The notes below the pieces were generated by a model. The model was not told the origin of the DNA. It did no database searches and saw only the letters and a list, made by a program, of their open reading frames with translations. Shown in pieces: positions 1 through 9,118 of a DNA stretch of 64,000 nucleotides. The DNA lies in the NCBI GenBank assembly GCA_963727445.1, contig CAVSGI010000006.1:256001-320000 (forward strand). The letters are read 5' to 3'. A program made the translations under genes and the position numbers. Position 1 is the first letter of the stretch; the number at the start of each line of letters is the position of its first letter. Source of the DNA: an uncultured delta proteobacterium (GTDB taxonomy: Bacteria; Myxococcota_A; Polyangia; Polyangiales; B10-G4).

Positions 1-1407
1 GCTGGCGATGCCGCCGAAGAGATGGGTCACGCGCGACAGACGCCGGTACTCCGGCGGCAGCACCAGCGCGACCTCAGCCGCGCGGTCGAGCTCGTGGAAG
101 CTGAGCTCGGTCAGGCGGGTGAAGACCTCGCGCCATGCCGCGGCCTCGGCGCGCGGCTCGCCGCGGGCGTCGATGGGAGAGCCGTACCAGCGATCGCGAT
201 CGACGGCCATGTAGAGGTTCAGCCCACGCAGGCCGTAGGCGAAGCTGGCCATCGTGCAGTAGAGCGAGTCGCCATGGGTGAGCGGTGTGAACCAGGGGGG
301 CGCGCCGACGCCCATCTCCGGCGCGTAGGGGAGCTCTACCGTGCCGGTGAGCAGGAGCGTGCGCCGCTTGATCGTCCGATGCTCCCGGGCCGGGTGGTAG
401 TAGTCGAGGCCGACCAGGTCGACCACGTCGTCGATGCCCGGGATGCTGATGGGCAGGCCCGCTTCGCCCAGCGCGATGTTGTGCGTGATGGGGACGCCCT
501 CGAGCCCGGCTTTCGCCATCCGCTTGCGCATGCGCGCGAGGGAGTCGGAGATGAGCCGTTCCCGGAACTCGGCCCAGTCGAGGTAGCGGGTGAGATCTTC
601 CGGGCGCTCGGCTTCGAAGCGCGTCGGGGGATCCACCTCGTCCCAGCGCGCGTAGCGCTGCCGGTGCGCCTCGGCCGCGCGCTTGACGCTGCCGTAGCGC
701 GACTCGAGGAAGCGCTGGTAGAGCGCGATGGCGTCCGGGTGGTAGTCCTGATCGAAAGGACCGGTACGGAAGTAATACGACGCTTCGTTGTCGACCTGGA
801 GCAGCACGACCGGGCCGTCCGGATAGATGCGCGGCACCACGACCTCGGCGACCGCGTCGTACCATCGCCCCGTCTCTTCGTGGAAACGCTCGCTCGCGTA
901 GCTCGGCACCGGGAACATCTGCGGCGGGAAGGGGAGGATCACCGGGTTCTGGCGAGGCGAGCGCGCCTGGCAGGCCTTGTCGTAGACGATGCGCTCGGGC
1001 AGCCCGAAGTTCGTCATCTCCGCGTTGATGTGCGGGCCGGGACGGATGAACACCCACAGGCCCTCTTCGGCAGCCATGTCGATGAAGCGTCCGAGGTCAC
1101 GTTTGGGATCGGTCTCGCCGAAATCGAAGGCGCCGGGTCCCGTCTCGTGCACGCCCCACGGCGTGTAGGTCTCGACCATGGGCAGCCCCATGCGCTTCAG
1201 CGCCTCGAGGCCCGGCTTCCAGGCCGAAGGGTCCAGCCGGTAGTAGTGCATCGCGCCCGAGAGCAGGGGGATGCGCACGTCGCCGATCTTCAGCGTGCGG
1301 CCGGCGAGGCGCACGCGCTTCGGCCCCTTGGACCTCTGCGCACCGCTCTTGCGCCTGGCAGCGGTCTTCGCCTTCGACGCAGCCTTCTTTTTCTTCTCCT
1401 TCCCCAT
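1..1407 (-). CDS. Beta-galactosidase, glycoside hydrolase family 35-like (3' end runs off the window)
   Basis: Manual translation from ATG 1407 gives MGKEKKKKAASK...LLSGAMHYYRL...VETYTPWGVHE...FDFG...FIRPGPHINAE, the typical GH35 N-terminal motifs. It is missing from the ORF track because there is no stop in the window. Confidence 0.85.
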   Translation of the reverse strand, partial: MGKEKKKKAASKAKTAARRKSGAQRSKGPKRVRLAGRTLKIGDVRIPLLSGAMHYYRLDPSAWKPGLEALKRMGLPMVETYTPWGVHETGPGAFDFGETDPKRDLGRFIDMAAEEGLWVFIRPGPHINAEMTNFGLPERIVYDKACQARSPRQNPVILPFPPQMFPVPSYASERFHEETGRWYDAVAEVVVPRIYPDGPVVLLQVDNEASYYFRTGPFDQDYHPDAIALYQRFLESRYGSVKRAAEAHRQRYARWDEVDPPTRFEAERPEDLTRYLDWAEFRERLISDSLARMRKRMAKAGLEGVPITHNIALGEAGLPISIPGIDDVVDLVGLDYYHPAREHRTIKRRTLLLTGTVELPYAPEMGVGAPPWFTPLTHGDSLYCTMASFAYGLRGLNLYMAVDRDRWYGSPIDARGEPRAEAAAWREVFTRLTELSFHELDRAAEVALVLPPEYRRLSRVTHLFGGIAS

Positions 1408-1488
1408 CTCGTGGCGTTTCCGAGGCGGGAGATTAGCAGGGTTTGACGGCGGCCGAGTGCGGACCGCCATTCGTGGTAGAAGGCCACC

Positions 1489-1872
1489 GTGACCTATCTC
1501 CTGGTCGGTCTCGGCGGCGCGCTCGGCGCGACCCTCCGCTATGCGCTCAACGTGTGGTCGGGTCAGCTCTTCGGTCCGGGCTGGCCGTGGGGGACGATGC
1601 TCGCCAACGTGGTGGGCTCCTTCGCGCTCGGCGTGGTGATGGAGCTCGGCGTCGGTCGAACAATCTACGGCGTGGACGCGCGCATCCCGTTGGGGGTCGG
1701 GGTGATGGGCGGCTTCACGACCTATTCGAGCTTCAACCTCGAGGTGCTCAAGTTCTGGGAGCAGGGGCAGCTCGGTCGCGCCGCCGCCTACGCCAGCGTC
1801 ACCTTCGTGGTCTGCCTCCTCGCCGGCGTGGCGGGGCTCACCCTGGCGCGGGCGGTCAAGAGCGGCGGATGA
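1489..1872 (+). CDS. crcB: Fluoride efflux channel FluC/CrcB
   Basis: 127 aa with 4 hydrophobic segments and the motifs GGALGATLRY, PWGTMLANVVGSF and GGFTTYSSF. Confidence 0.95.
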   Translation: MTYLLVGLGGALGATLRYALNVWSGQLFGPGWPWGTMLANVVGSFALGVVMELGVGRTIYGVDARIPLGVGVMGGFTTYSSFNLEVLKFWEQGQLGRAAAYASVTFVVCLLAGVAGLTLARAVKSGG

Positions 1873-3941
1873 GGCCCCTCGTCCTCGTCGCGATGGTCTG
1901 TCAGCTGACGGCGGGTTGCGGCAGCGTCGAGCGTCGCCGTCCCTCGCCGCGCCCTCGACAAGTCGCCGAGGGGGTGCAGGAGGTACAGGAGCGCTCGCTC
2001 CGGGTCGCGGCGGGGAGCGGCATCAGCTGCGCGCTCGATGCCGAGGGCGTCGGGTGCTGGGGCGCCGGGAGCGCCTCCTTCGTGCGGATCGACGAGACCG
2101 CGCACGCCCTCGACGTGGCGGCCGCTGGGCGAAACGTCGCGGTGCTCCGCGAGAGCGGTGAGGTGCTCTCGGGCACCTTTCCCGGCGCCTTCACGCCGGT
2201 CGCGAGCATCGGCGCGACGCGGAGCCTCGCCGTGGGGCCGGCGCACGGCTGTGCCGCAGACGAAGAGGGGCACGTGCGCTGTTGGGGGGAGGCGAGCTTC
2301 GGGCGTCTCGGCAGGGCCGCAGAGGGCCCGGCCGCAGCGCCGCTCCCGGGCCTCGAGGACGTCGTCGAGCTCGCCCTGGGCGCGGCGCACTCCTGTGCGC
2401 TGACGCGCCAGGGCGAGGTGTACTGCTGGGGCCTGGGGGGCGACCCGGCCAGCCGCTGCCGCATGGATGACGACGGGATCGTCACCTGCGAGGGCGGCTC
2501 CGAAGGGGCCGCCCGGATCCCGCGGAGGGTGGAGCGCCTCGGCGGCGCGACGCACATCGCCGCCGCGGGACACCGCACCTGCGCTCTCACGTACGAGGGG
2601 CTCGTTCAGTGCTTCGACGTGCTTCGCCGCGACACCGAAGGACATTTCGTCCCACGACGGATCGCCGCGGTGGGCGGGGGCGAGGCGATCACCCTCGGCG
2701 AGGACTTCGGATGCGTGGTCGCGGACGGGGAGGCCCTGTGCTGGGGCTCCGACGAGCGGGGCCAGCGGGGAGACGGCGATCCCGTGATGGGGCGGCACGA
2801 GATCTCGGCGGCGGTCGGGCTGTCGGAGATCGTCGACGTGGACGCGGGGGGCAGTCATGCGTGCGCGGTACGGCGGGGTGGCGAGGTGCGCTGCTGGGGC
2901 GCGGACGACGCGTATCAGCTCGGCGACGGGTACGCGGGCTTCGACGGATCACCCACCGCGCTCGCCATCCCCGGGCTCCGGGATCTCCAGGGTGATTCAT
3001 CGCTCCTCTGCGCTCTCGGCAACGACGCCGCCGTGCAGTGTCTCGGCCACAACGACCACGGTCAGCTCGGTGATACCACGCTGGTGAGCCGCTGGGATTT
3101 CGCGCCGGTGGTGGATCTCAGCCACACCGTCCAGCTGGACGTGGCGCACGATCACGCCTGCGCTGTCGACCAGCGCGGCGACCTCAGGTGTTGGGGCAAC
3201 AACCGCCGCCTCTTCCTCGGCCCGTCGCATCGCCCGGACCCACCGACGCTGAGCGCGCCCGTTCGCGCCACCTGGCTGCGCGGCGTAGCCGAGGTTGCGA
3301 CCAGCGCGGACGGCACCTGCGTGCGACTGCGCAGCGGGCGGGTGTCGTGTTTTGGCCGCTCGTCGCGCGGAGGCGAAGCGCAAATGGGACCGATCGCGGG
3401 CATCGCGCATGCGACCGACATCGACGGAAGGGCGTCGCGCTTCGGTGCGACCGCCGCGGGGCGGGTTCATCGCTGGGGCAGCGACACCGAAGGCGCCACC
3501 TCGAGGATCGTCGAAGGGGCCACCGACGCCCAGCGCGTCGCCGTCGGCTGCACCTTCGGATGCGCCCGCTTGCGCGGCGGAGAAGTCTCCTGTTGGGGCA
3601 CGCTGCCTGGATGGCCGCCGAGCGACGCGGCCTTCGCGATCGAAGGCGTGAGCGAGGCGGAGACGCTCGAGGCAGGCTGCGATCACGCGTGCGCTTCGCG
3701 ACGCGGTGGCGAAATCCTGTGTTGGGGGGGAAACGGGCGGGGACAGCTCGGGATCGGACGCATTTCCAGCGCGGAACGCCCCAGCCCATTCCCGGTGCAG
3801 GGCACACTGCATGTTCTCGACCGCGCGACCTGCGTCGATCAGGGGGGTGGGGCGCTCACCTGTTTCGGCGAGCTTCCGGGCGTTGGTGAGCGAGCAGACC
3901 AACCGGCGCCGGTGATCGTATCGTTTTCGAGAGCCCCCTGA
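1869..3941 (+). CDS. RCC1-repeat (beta-propeller) lipoprotein
   Basis: ATG overlaps the crcB stop (ATGA). Lipobox LTAGC. Many HxCA...GxVxCWGxNxxGQLG repeats. Confidence 0.85.
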   Translation: MRPLVLVAMVCQLTAGCGSVERRRPSPRPRQVAEGVQEVQERSLRVAAGSGISCALDAEGVGCWGAGSASFVRIDETAHALDVAAAGRNVAVLRESGEVLSGTFPGAFTPVASIGATRSLAVGPAHGCAADEEGHVRCWGEASFGRLGRAAEGPAAAPLPGLEDVVELALGAAHSCALTRQGEVYCWGLGGDPASRCRMDDDGIVTCEGGSEGAARIPRRVERLGGATHIAAAGHRTCALTYEGLVQCFDVLRRDTEGHFVPRRIAAVGGGEAITLGEDFGCVVADGEALCWGSDERGQRGDGDPVMGRHEISAAVGLSEIVDVDAGGSHACAVRRGGEVRCWGADDAYQLGDGYAGFDGSPTALAIPGLRDLQGDSSLLCALGNDAAVQCLGHNDHGQLGDTTLVSRWDFAPVVDLSHTVQLDVAHDHACAVDQRGDLRCWGNNRRLFLGPSHRPDPPTLSAPVRATWLRGVAEVATSADGTCVRLRSGRVSCFGRSSRGGEAQMGPIAGIAHATDIDGRASRFGATAAGRVHRWGSDTEGATSRIVEGATDAQRVAVGCTFGCARLRGGEVSCWGTLPGWPPSDAAFAIEGVSEAETLEAGCDHACASRRGGEILCWGGNGRGQLGIGRISSAERPSPFPVQGTLHVLDRATCVDQGGGALTCFGELPGVGERADQPAPVIVSFSRAP

Positions 3942-4013
3942 TCGAATTCATCGGCGGGCTTCCCTTCTCATCGCGCGGCGACCGGCCTACCATCTCTCGC
4001 TCCGGAGGCTGAC

Positions 4014-5279
4014 ATGAAGGCGATCGTCGTCGTAGGCGCACAATGGGGAGACGAGGGAAAGGGGAAGCTCGCCGATGTTCTGGCGCCTCGGGCGAAGCTT
4101 CTCGTCCAATACGCCGGCGGCGGAAACCCGGGGCAGACGATCGCGGTCGCGGGCAACCGCCTGGTCTTCGACATCCTTCCTCCCGGACCGATGCGCAAGG
4201 GCATGGGGTGCCTCCTCGCGCAGGGGATGGCCCTCGATCCCAAGCTGCTCGTCGAGGAGCTCGACCTGCTCGCGGAGCACGACATCTCGGAGGGTGAGGT
4301 CTTCGTGTCGCGGCGCGCCCACGCCATCCTCCCGCATCACATCCTGGTCGATGAGCTGCGCCAGGAAGAGGAGGGGGCCTCCGGCGTACGGCGCCGCGGG
4401 ATCGGCCCCGCCTACGCCGACAAGCTCGCGCGTCGCGGCGTGCAGATCGGCGATCTGACGAGCGACAAGCTCGAGGACAAGCTCGCGCAGAGCATCGAAG
4501 GCTGGCGCTCCGTGATCGAGGGGCTGGGCGGCACGGTTCCGGAGGCGCGCGAGGTGGCCGACGGCTACCGTTCGCTCGGCGAGCGACTCGCCAAGCACTT
4601 CGTCGACGGCTCGAAGCTGGTGGGCGACGCCATCGCCAGGGGCGACAAGGTCGTGCTCGAGGCGCCCCTCGGGACGATGGTCGACCTCGACATGGGCGCG
4701 TATCCCTTCGTCGTCGCGGCCTCGACCATCGCCGCGGGCGCCGCGCCTGGGGTGGGCCTCGCGCCGGACGCCATCGGCACGGTGATCGGCGTCGCCAAGG
4801 CATACTCCACACGACCCGGCCGCGGCCCGATCGGCGCCGAGGTGACCGGCGACCTCGCCAAGCACCTCATCGACCAGGGCCAGGAGTACGGACAGGACGG
4901 GCGGCCGCGTCGCGTAGGCATGCTCGACATCGCGGCGTTGCGTTTCGCCAAGCGCGTCAACGGCATGGCGCAGCTCTTCCTCACCAAGCTCGACGTGCTC
5001 GCGGGTCTCGACGAGATCCCTGTCTGCGTGGGTTACGAGCTCGACGGTGAGGAGCTGTCGGAGCCTCCCTTCGAAGGGCTGTCGCGGGCGACGCCCAAGG
5101 TCGAGATGCGACCGGGATGGAAGGAGAGCCTCGAGGGGTGTCGCAGCTTCGAGGAGCTCCCCGAGGCGGCCCAGGGCTACGTGCGCTTCATCGAGGAGCA
5201 GGTGGGCGTGCCCGTCACGATGATCGGCGTGGGGCCGGACCGCGCCGCCACCATCGTCCAGAAGTCGCCCTTCGACTGA
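4014..5279 (+). CDS. purA: Adenylosuccinate synthetase (PurA) family protein with a divergent active site
   Basis: QWGDEGKGK, GIGPAYADK, KAYSTR, LTKLDVL and GPDR are colinear with PurA over the full length. GGAGG RBS. Several substrate-binding residues are substituted (see findings). Confidence 0.85.
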   Translation: MKAIVVVGAQWGDEGKGKLADVLAPRAKLLVQYAGGGNPGQTIAVAGNRLVFDILPPGPMRKGMGCLLAQGMALDPKLLVEELDLLAEHDISEGEVFVSRRAHAILPHHILVDELRQEEEGASGVRRRGIGPAYADKLARRGVQIGDLTSDKLEDKLAQSIEGWRSVIEGLGGTVPEAREVADGYRSLGERLAKHFVDGSKLVGDAIARGDKVVLEAPLGTMVDLDMGAYPFVVAASTIAAGAAPGVGLAPDAIGTVIGVAKAYSTRPGRGPIGAEVTGDLAKHLIDQGQEYGQDGRPRRVGMLDIAALRFAKRVNGMAQLFLTKLDVLAGLDEIPVCVGYELDGEELSEPPFEGLSRATPKVEMRPGWKESLEGCRSFEELPEAAQGYVRFIEEQVGVPVTMIGVGPDRAATIVQKSPFD

Positions 5280-5282
5280 TCG

Positions 5283-6327
5283 TCAGCCGCTCGCGGCTTC
5301 GACGAGCGCGTCGACCACGGGCGTCACGTCCTTGAATCCCTCGACGACGCGGTTCTGGCCGTCCCAGGCGGCGTCCACCGCGGCGGCGAAGAGCTCGCGG
5401 CTCGGGGCCTCGTCCACCACCTTCTTCGTGAGCACGTCCGCCGCGTCTTCGTCCTGGTAGAAGTCGCCGGCGACGGCCGCGCCCCGAACGAGCCCTTCGT
5501 CGTCCAGGGCGACGCCCGCGGAGATGAAACCGATGGGCACCTCGCGGATGGAAGACCAGTCGAGGCTGTCCCATGCGTCGTCGAAGCCCACCGTGGCGCG
5601 CGTCTGGTTCGCGTCCGCCGCCTCGCGCTCGGCGTCGCTCAGAGACGAGTGGTCGAGCTCGAGCTCCTTGTCCGGGTAGCGATCGACGTGTCCCTCGGCG
5701 AGGGTGCGCACCAGGTCTTCGGCCGAGCGGGGAGCCTCCCAGAATCTCGCTCATCAGGATCGGATCCTTCGCCTCGAGCGTCATCTCCTCGCGCATCGGA
5801 TAGCCGCTGAGCTCGTCGGGGAGCCAGTAGGGGCGGTCGACCGAGAGGAACGCCTCGACGAGCACACCACCATCCGGAAGACGCGACCAACCGATGAGCG
5901 CCGCCGGACGCTTGTCCACCGAGATCCATTCGCGGCCGAAGTACTGCGCGCGTGCCCCGGTGAGCGCGAGGCCGCCCATGAGGCCGCGGACGTTGCGGTT
6001 GAGCACGCGATCGCGGGGGCACTCCATCAGGACCGAGGAATGGCGCAGGCCCAGGGCCACGTAGAAGATGCCGCGACCCCCGACGCAGGTCGGCCCGCCG
6101 GTGGCTCGGCGGACCACCTCGATGCCGCGCGCACCGACCTCCTTGATGGCGAGCGCGTCGAGAGCCCGCTGATTTCTTCCGAGCACCACAGCGTCGCCGG
6201 AGAGGCTCGCGCCGTAGATGAAGGCGGGCGGCGCGTCGGCTCCCTCGAGCCCGCGGTAGAGCGCGTTCCCGATGGACAGGGCCCTGAGGGGAGTCACGTC
6301 CGTCTCGGCGATCCAACGTAGCCGCAT
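5283..6327 (-). CDS. Lipoate-protein ligase A-like protein (frameshifted near 5743)
   Basis: N-terminal part has VVLGRNQ...GIEVVRRATGG. C-terminal part (5283-5711) has the LplA C-domain-like AVAGDFY. Removing one base at 5742-5746 joins them (EIWEAPRSAEDLVRTL). Confidence 0.7.
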
Positions 6328-6401
6328 CGCCCCAATCGTCCCTCCTCCGGCACGAACACTTCAAGGTTGATTATTTCGAAACTGCTCTTCGCGCGGCGCG
6401 G

Positions 6402-8069
6402 TCAGCGCCCCTTTTGCTTCTTCTTGCGACGGCGGTTGATCCAGGCGACGACAGCGCTGTGGCTCATGGTCCAGGTCACGGCGCCCGCGAGGAAGAGCAG
6501 GCCGAAGAGGTAGCTGTCGCCCATGAAGAGCACCGCGGCCGAGAGGATCAGCGCCCCCACCACCATCCCGCTGAACATGCGACGGCCGAGTTGGTCCGCC
6601 GCTCCGCCGAGGCTCGGCTCGTTCACTTCGACGCTGAGCGCACCCTTGCGGAGATCGTCGAGGATCTCCTGGAGCTGGACCGGCATCTCGGAAGCGGCGC
6701 CCGACAGGCGCATCGCGGTGCTGAGCAGGTCCTGGCTCACGCGCTCGGGCGAGTAGCGCTGCTTGAGCAGGTCGAGGAAGTACGGCTTGACCTCTTCGAA
6801 GACGTCGAGGTCCGGATTGATCTCCTTGCCGACGCCCTCGATCGTCATCAGCGCCTTGCCGACCATCAGGAAGTCCGGCGGGATCTCGAGACCGTACTTG
6901 TTGGCTCCGTAGACGAGGTCTCGAATCATCGCTGACAGCTGGATGTCTCCGAGCTTCTTGCCCAGGTACTTGTCGCTGAGGACGGCGACCTCGGCCTCGA
7001 ACGCCTCGCGGTCGATCTTCTTGGTGGGCCGCCCGATGGCGTAGAGCGCATCGGCGATCCCGCGATAGTCGCGGCGCACGGCGGCCACCATCAGATCGAT
7101 GGTGCGGTCCCGAATGCGCGGGGTGAGGCGACCGACGAGCCCCAGGTCGATGAGCGCCAGGATCGGCGCGCTCGGCTCGCCCAGGATCAGCACGTTGCCC
7201 GGGTGAGGGTCGGCGTGAAAGAAGCCGTCTTCGAAGATCTGTTTGATGACGACGTGCACCGCGGTCTTGGAGATGTGATCGGCGCTCGCACCGGTCTCGA
7301 TCGCGTCGTAGACCTTGCGCCCCGGCAGGAACTCCATGGTGAGCACCCGCTTGCTGCTCGCCTCGCGGTAGACGTGGGGAAAGCGCACCCGGGCGTCGCC
7401 TTCGAAGTTGTCGGCGAAGCGAAGGGCGTTGTCGGCTTCGAGGCCGTAGTCGAGCTCGGCGCTGATCGCTCGGTCGAACTCCTCGACCATCTTCACCGGC
7501 GAGTAGATGCGCGACTCGGGGACCGAACGCTCGAGGGCGCGCGCGATGAAGTAGAGCAGGTCCAGGTCGCGGTCGATGGTCTTCTTGATGCCCGGCCGCT
7601 GGATCTTCACGACCACGTCTTCGAGACCGCCGGGCGTCTTGAGGCGCGCGCGATGCACCTGTCCGATGGAGGCCGACGCTAGAGGCGTTTCGTCGAGGTG
7701 GTCGAAGACCGTCTCGATCGGCGCGCCGAGCTCGGACTCGACCTGATCCTTGAGGTCGGCGAAGGGGACTGGCGGGACGTCGTCCTGGAGCTTCTTGAGC
7801 TCGGCGATGATGTCGGCGGGGATGACGTCGGGGCGGGTCGAGATGATCTGGCCGAGCTTGATGAAGCTCGGCCCGAGGTCGGTCACGACGAGGCGCAGCC
7901 GCTGACCGATGGGGACCTTCTTCTGCTTTTCGTCGTCGACCGTCTTGCCGGCGACGAGCGACATGAACCCGAGCCGCTGGACCACCTCGCCGAAGCCGTG
8001 CCGGACGAGCACCAGGACGATCTGCCTGAGGCGCTCGAGGTCACGGACGGTGTTCAGGATGGACGCCAT
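6402..8069 (-). CDS. AarF/ABC1/UbiB family atypical kinase
   Basis: LGPSFIKLGQ, PLASASIGQVH, VVKIQRPG, FFHADPHPGN and IDLGLVG motifs, plus C-terminal transmembrane helices. Confidence 0.93.
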   Translation of the reverse strand: MASILNTVRDLERLRQIVLVLVRHGFGEVVQRLGFMSLVAGKTVDDEKQKKVPIGQRLRLVVTDLGPSFIKLGQIISTRPDVIPADIIAELKKLQDDVPPVPFADLKDQVESELGAPIETVFDHLDETPLASASIGQVHRARLKTPGGLEDVVVKIQRPGIKKTIDRDLDLLYFIARALERSVPESRIYSPVKMVEEFDRAISAELDYGLEADNALRFADNFEGDARVRFPHVYREASSKRVLTMEFLPGRKVYDAIETGASADHISKTAVHVVIKQIFEDGFFHADPHPGNVLILGEPSAPILALIDLGLVGRLTPRIRDRTIDLMVAAVRRDYRGIADALYAIGRPTKKIDREAFEAEVAVLSDKYLGKKLGDIQLSAMIRDLVYGANKYGLEIPPDFLMVGKALMTIEGVGKEINPDLDVFEEVKPYFLDLLKQRYSPERVSQDLLSTAMRLSGAASEMPVQLQEILDDLRKGALSVEVNEPSLGGAADQLGRRMFSGMVVGALILSAAVLFMGDSYLFGLLFLAGAVTWTMSHSAVVAWINRRRKKKQKGR

Positions 8070-8079
8070 CGACCGATGT

Positions 8080-8105
8080 GGGTGAGGGGGGCCGGCCCCT
8101 CACCC
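8080..8105. other. GC-rich 10-bp stem-loop in the short intergenic gap before the ubiB-like start
   Basis: GGGTGAGGGG-n6-CCCCTCACCC. There is no U-tract, so its role is unclear. Confidence 0.4.
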
Positions 8106-8115
8106 CGGGCCCACG

Positions 8116-9037
8116 TTAACCTCCATCGGCCTCTTCGCCACCTTCTTCGCTCTCCTCCTGCTCTTCGGGCGCGGCGGGCGCGGCGGGCTCGCAGCTCTCT
8201 GCCACGCTGAACGTACGGGTGGTGTCGTTGAACAGCCCGGGCACGGGCTCGCCGTCGGGGCCGATGAGGGTCAGACGGATCTGGTGCTCACCCACGGGAA
8301 GGTTCTCGATGTAGTGCGGGGTCCAGCTGGTGATCTCGCCGCTGACGTCATCGATGGTGTAGCGGACCTTGTGTCCGTCGGGGGCGAGGTCGACGTTGTC
8401 GAGGTAGAAGTCGAGCAGCACGCGGCTCCCCGCGACGTTGCAGCCCTTGGGTCGGCTGTAGACGAGGTGCGGCGCATCCGGAATCCCATGAGAAGTCCTC
8501 GGTGCGTTCCTCGAACGAGAACACCAGCGACGCGAAAGCGCCTTCGCTCTTCACCGACTCGTGATGGCTGCGGCTGGGGAAGGCGCGGAGCACGTGCGTG
8601 CCTGCGGCGAGCTCGTGCCCGAGGTTTTCCTGCACCAGCGCGTTCAGGTCGAGGTTCCCCGACACGTCGCGCAGCGCCATGTACGGCTCGTCGTCCAAAA
8701 TCAGGTGCACGTGCTTGCCGGGCGCCGCCCCGAGCTCCCAGTGCGAAAGGGCGATGCGCACGTTGACCGGCGCCCGACGGATCAGCTGGCCGTTGCGGGG
8801 CCGACGAAAGCGAAGCGTGGGGGTGTCCCCTTCAATCGGCGTCCGCTCGCCGGCCACCACCTGCACCGGCGGCGGGGCAGGGGCCTCGGGCTCCGCGTCC
8901 GTCTCTTCGACGGTGGTGGTCGTCGTCGCTTCCGGCTCGTCCATGGGCGGGTATTCCGGGGGCGGCTCGGTCGAGCTCCCGCAGCCCGAGAAGACGAGCG
9001 CGACGAGCGCGAGCATGATGTTCGAGGTCGTGTTCAT
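8116..9037 (-). CDS. Hypothetical lipoprotein (frameshifted near 8482)
   Basis: Lipobox FSGC and a Pro/Thr linker, then GKHVHLILD...FPSRSHHESVK. It continues as YSRPKG...LLDFYL after one base is removed at 8481-8485. Confidence 0.75.
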
Positions 9038-9118
9038 GACCAGGCGTTGTAGAACATGGGCTGTGCCCGGCCAAGGGCCTCGCGAGCACGCCTTGGAGCG
9101 CTGCCGTATGCTTCGAGG

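Noticed and set aside
22..1446. 474-aa + strand ORF and similar long antisense ORFs (for example 13989-15413, 21258-23135, 49603-51297)
   Set aside because: These are antisense shadows of recognisable genes, expected with strong GC3 bias. They show no motifs.
1408..1488. Fluoride riboswitch upstream of crcB
   Set aside because: No recognisable GGCGATGG..TCGCC-type core in the 80-bp divergent gap.
4014..5279. PurZ (2-aminoadenine DNA pathway)
   Set aside because: The Asp13 equivalent is retained (GDEGKG), and there is no phage context or dATPase/MazZ-like neighbour.
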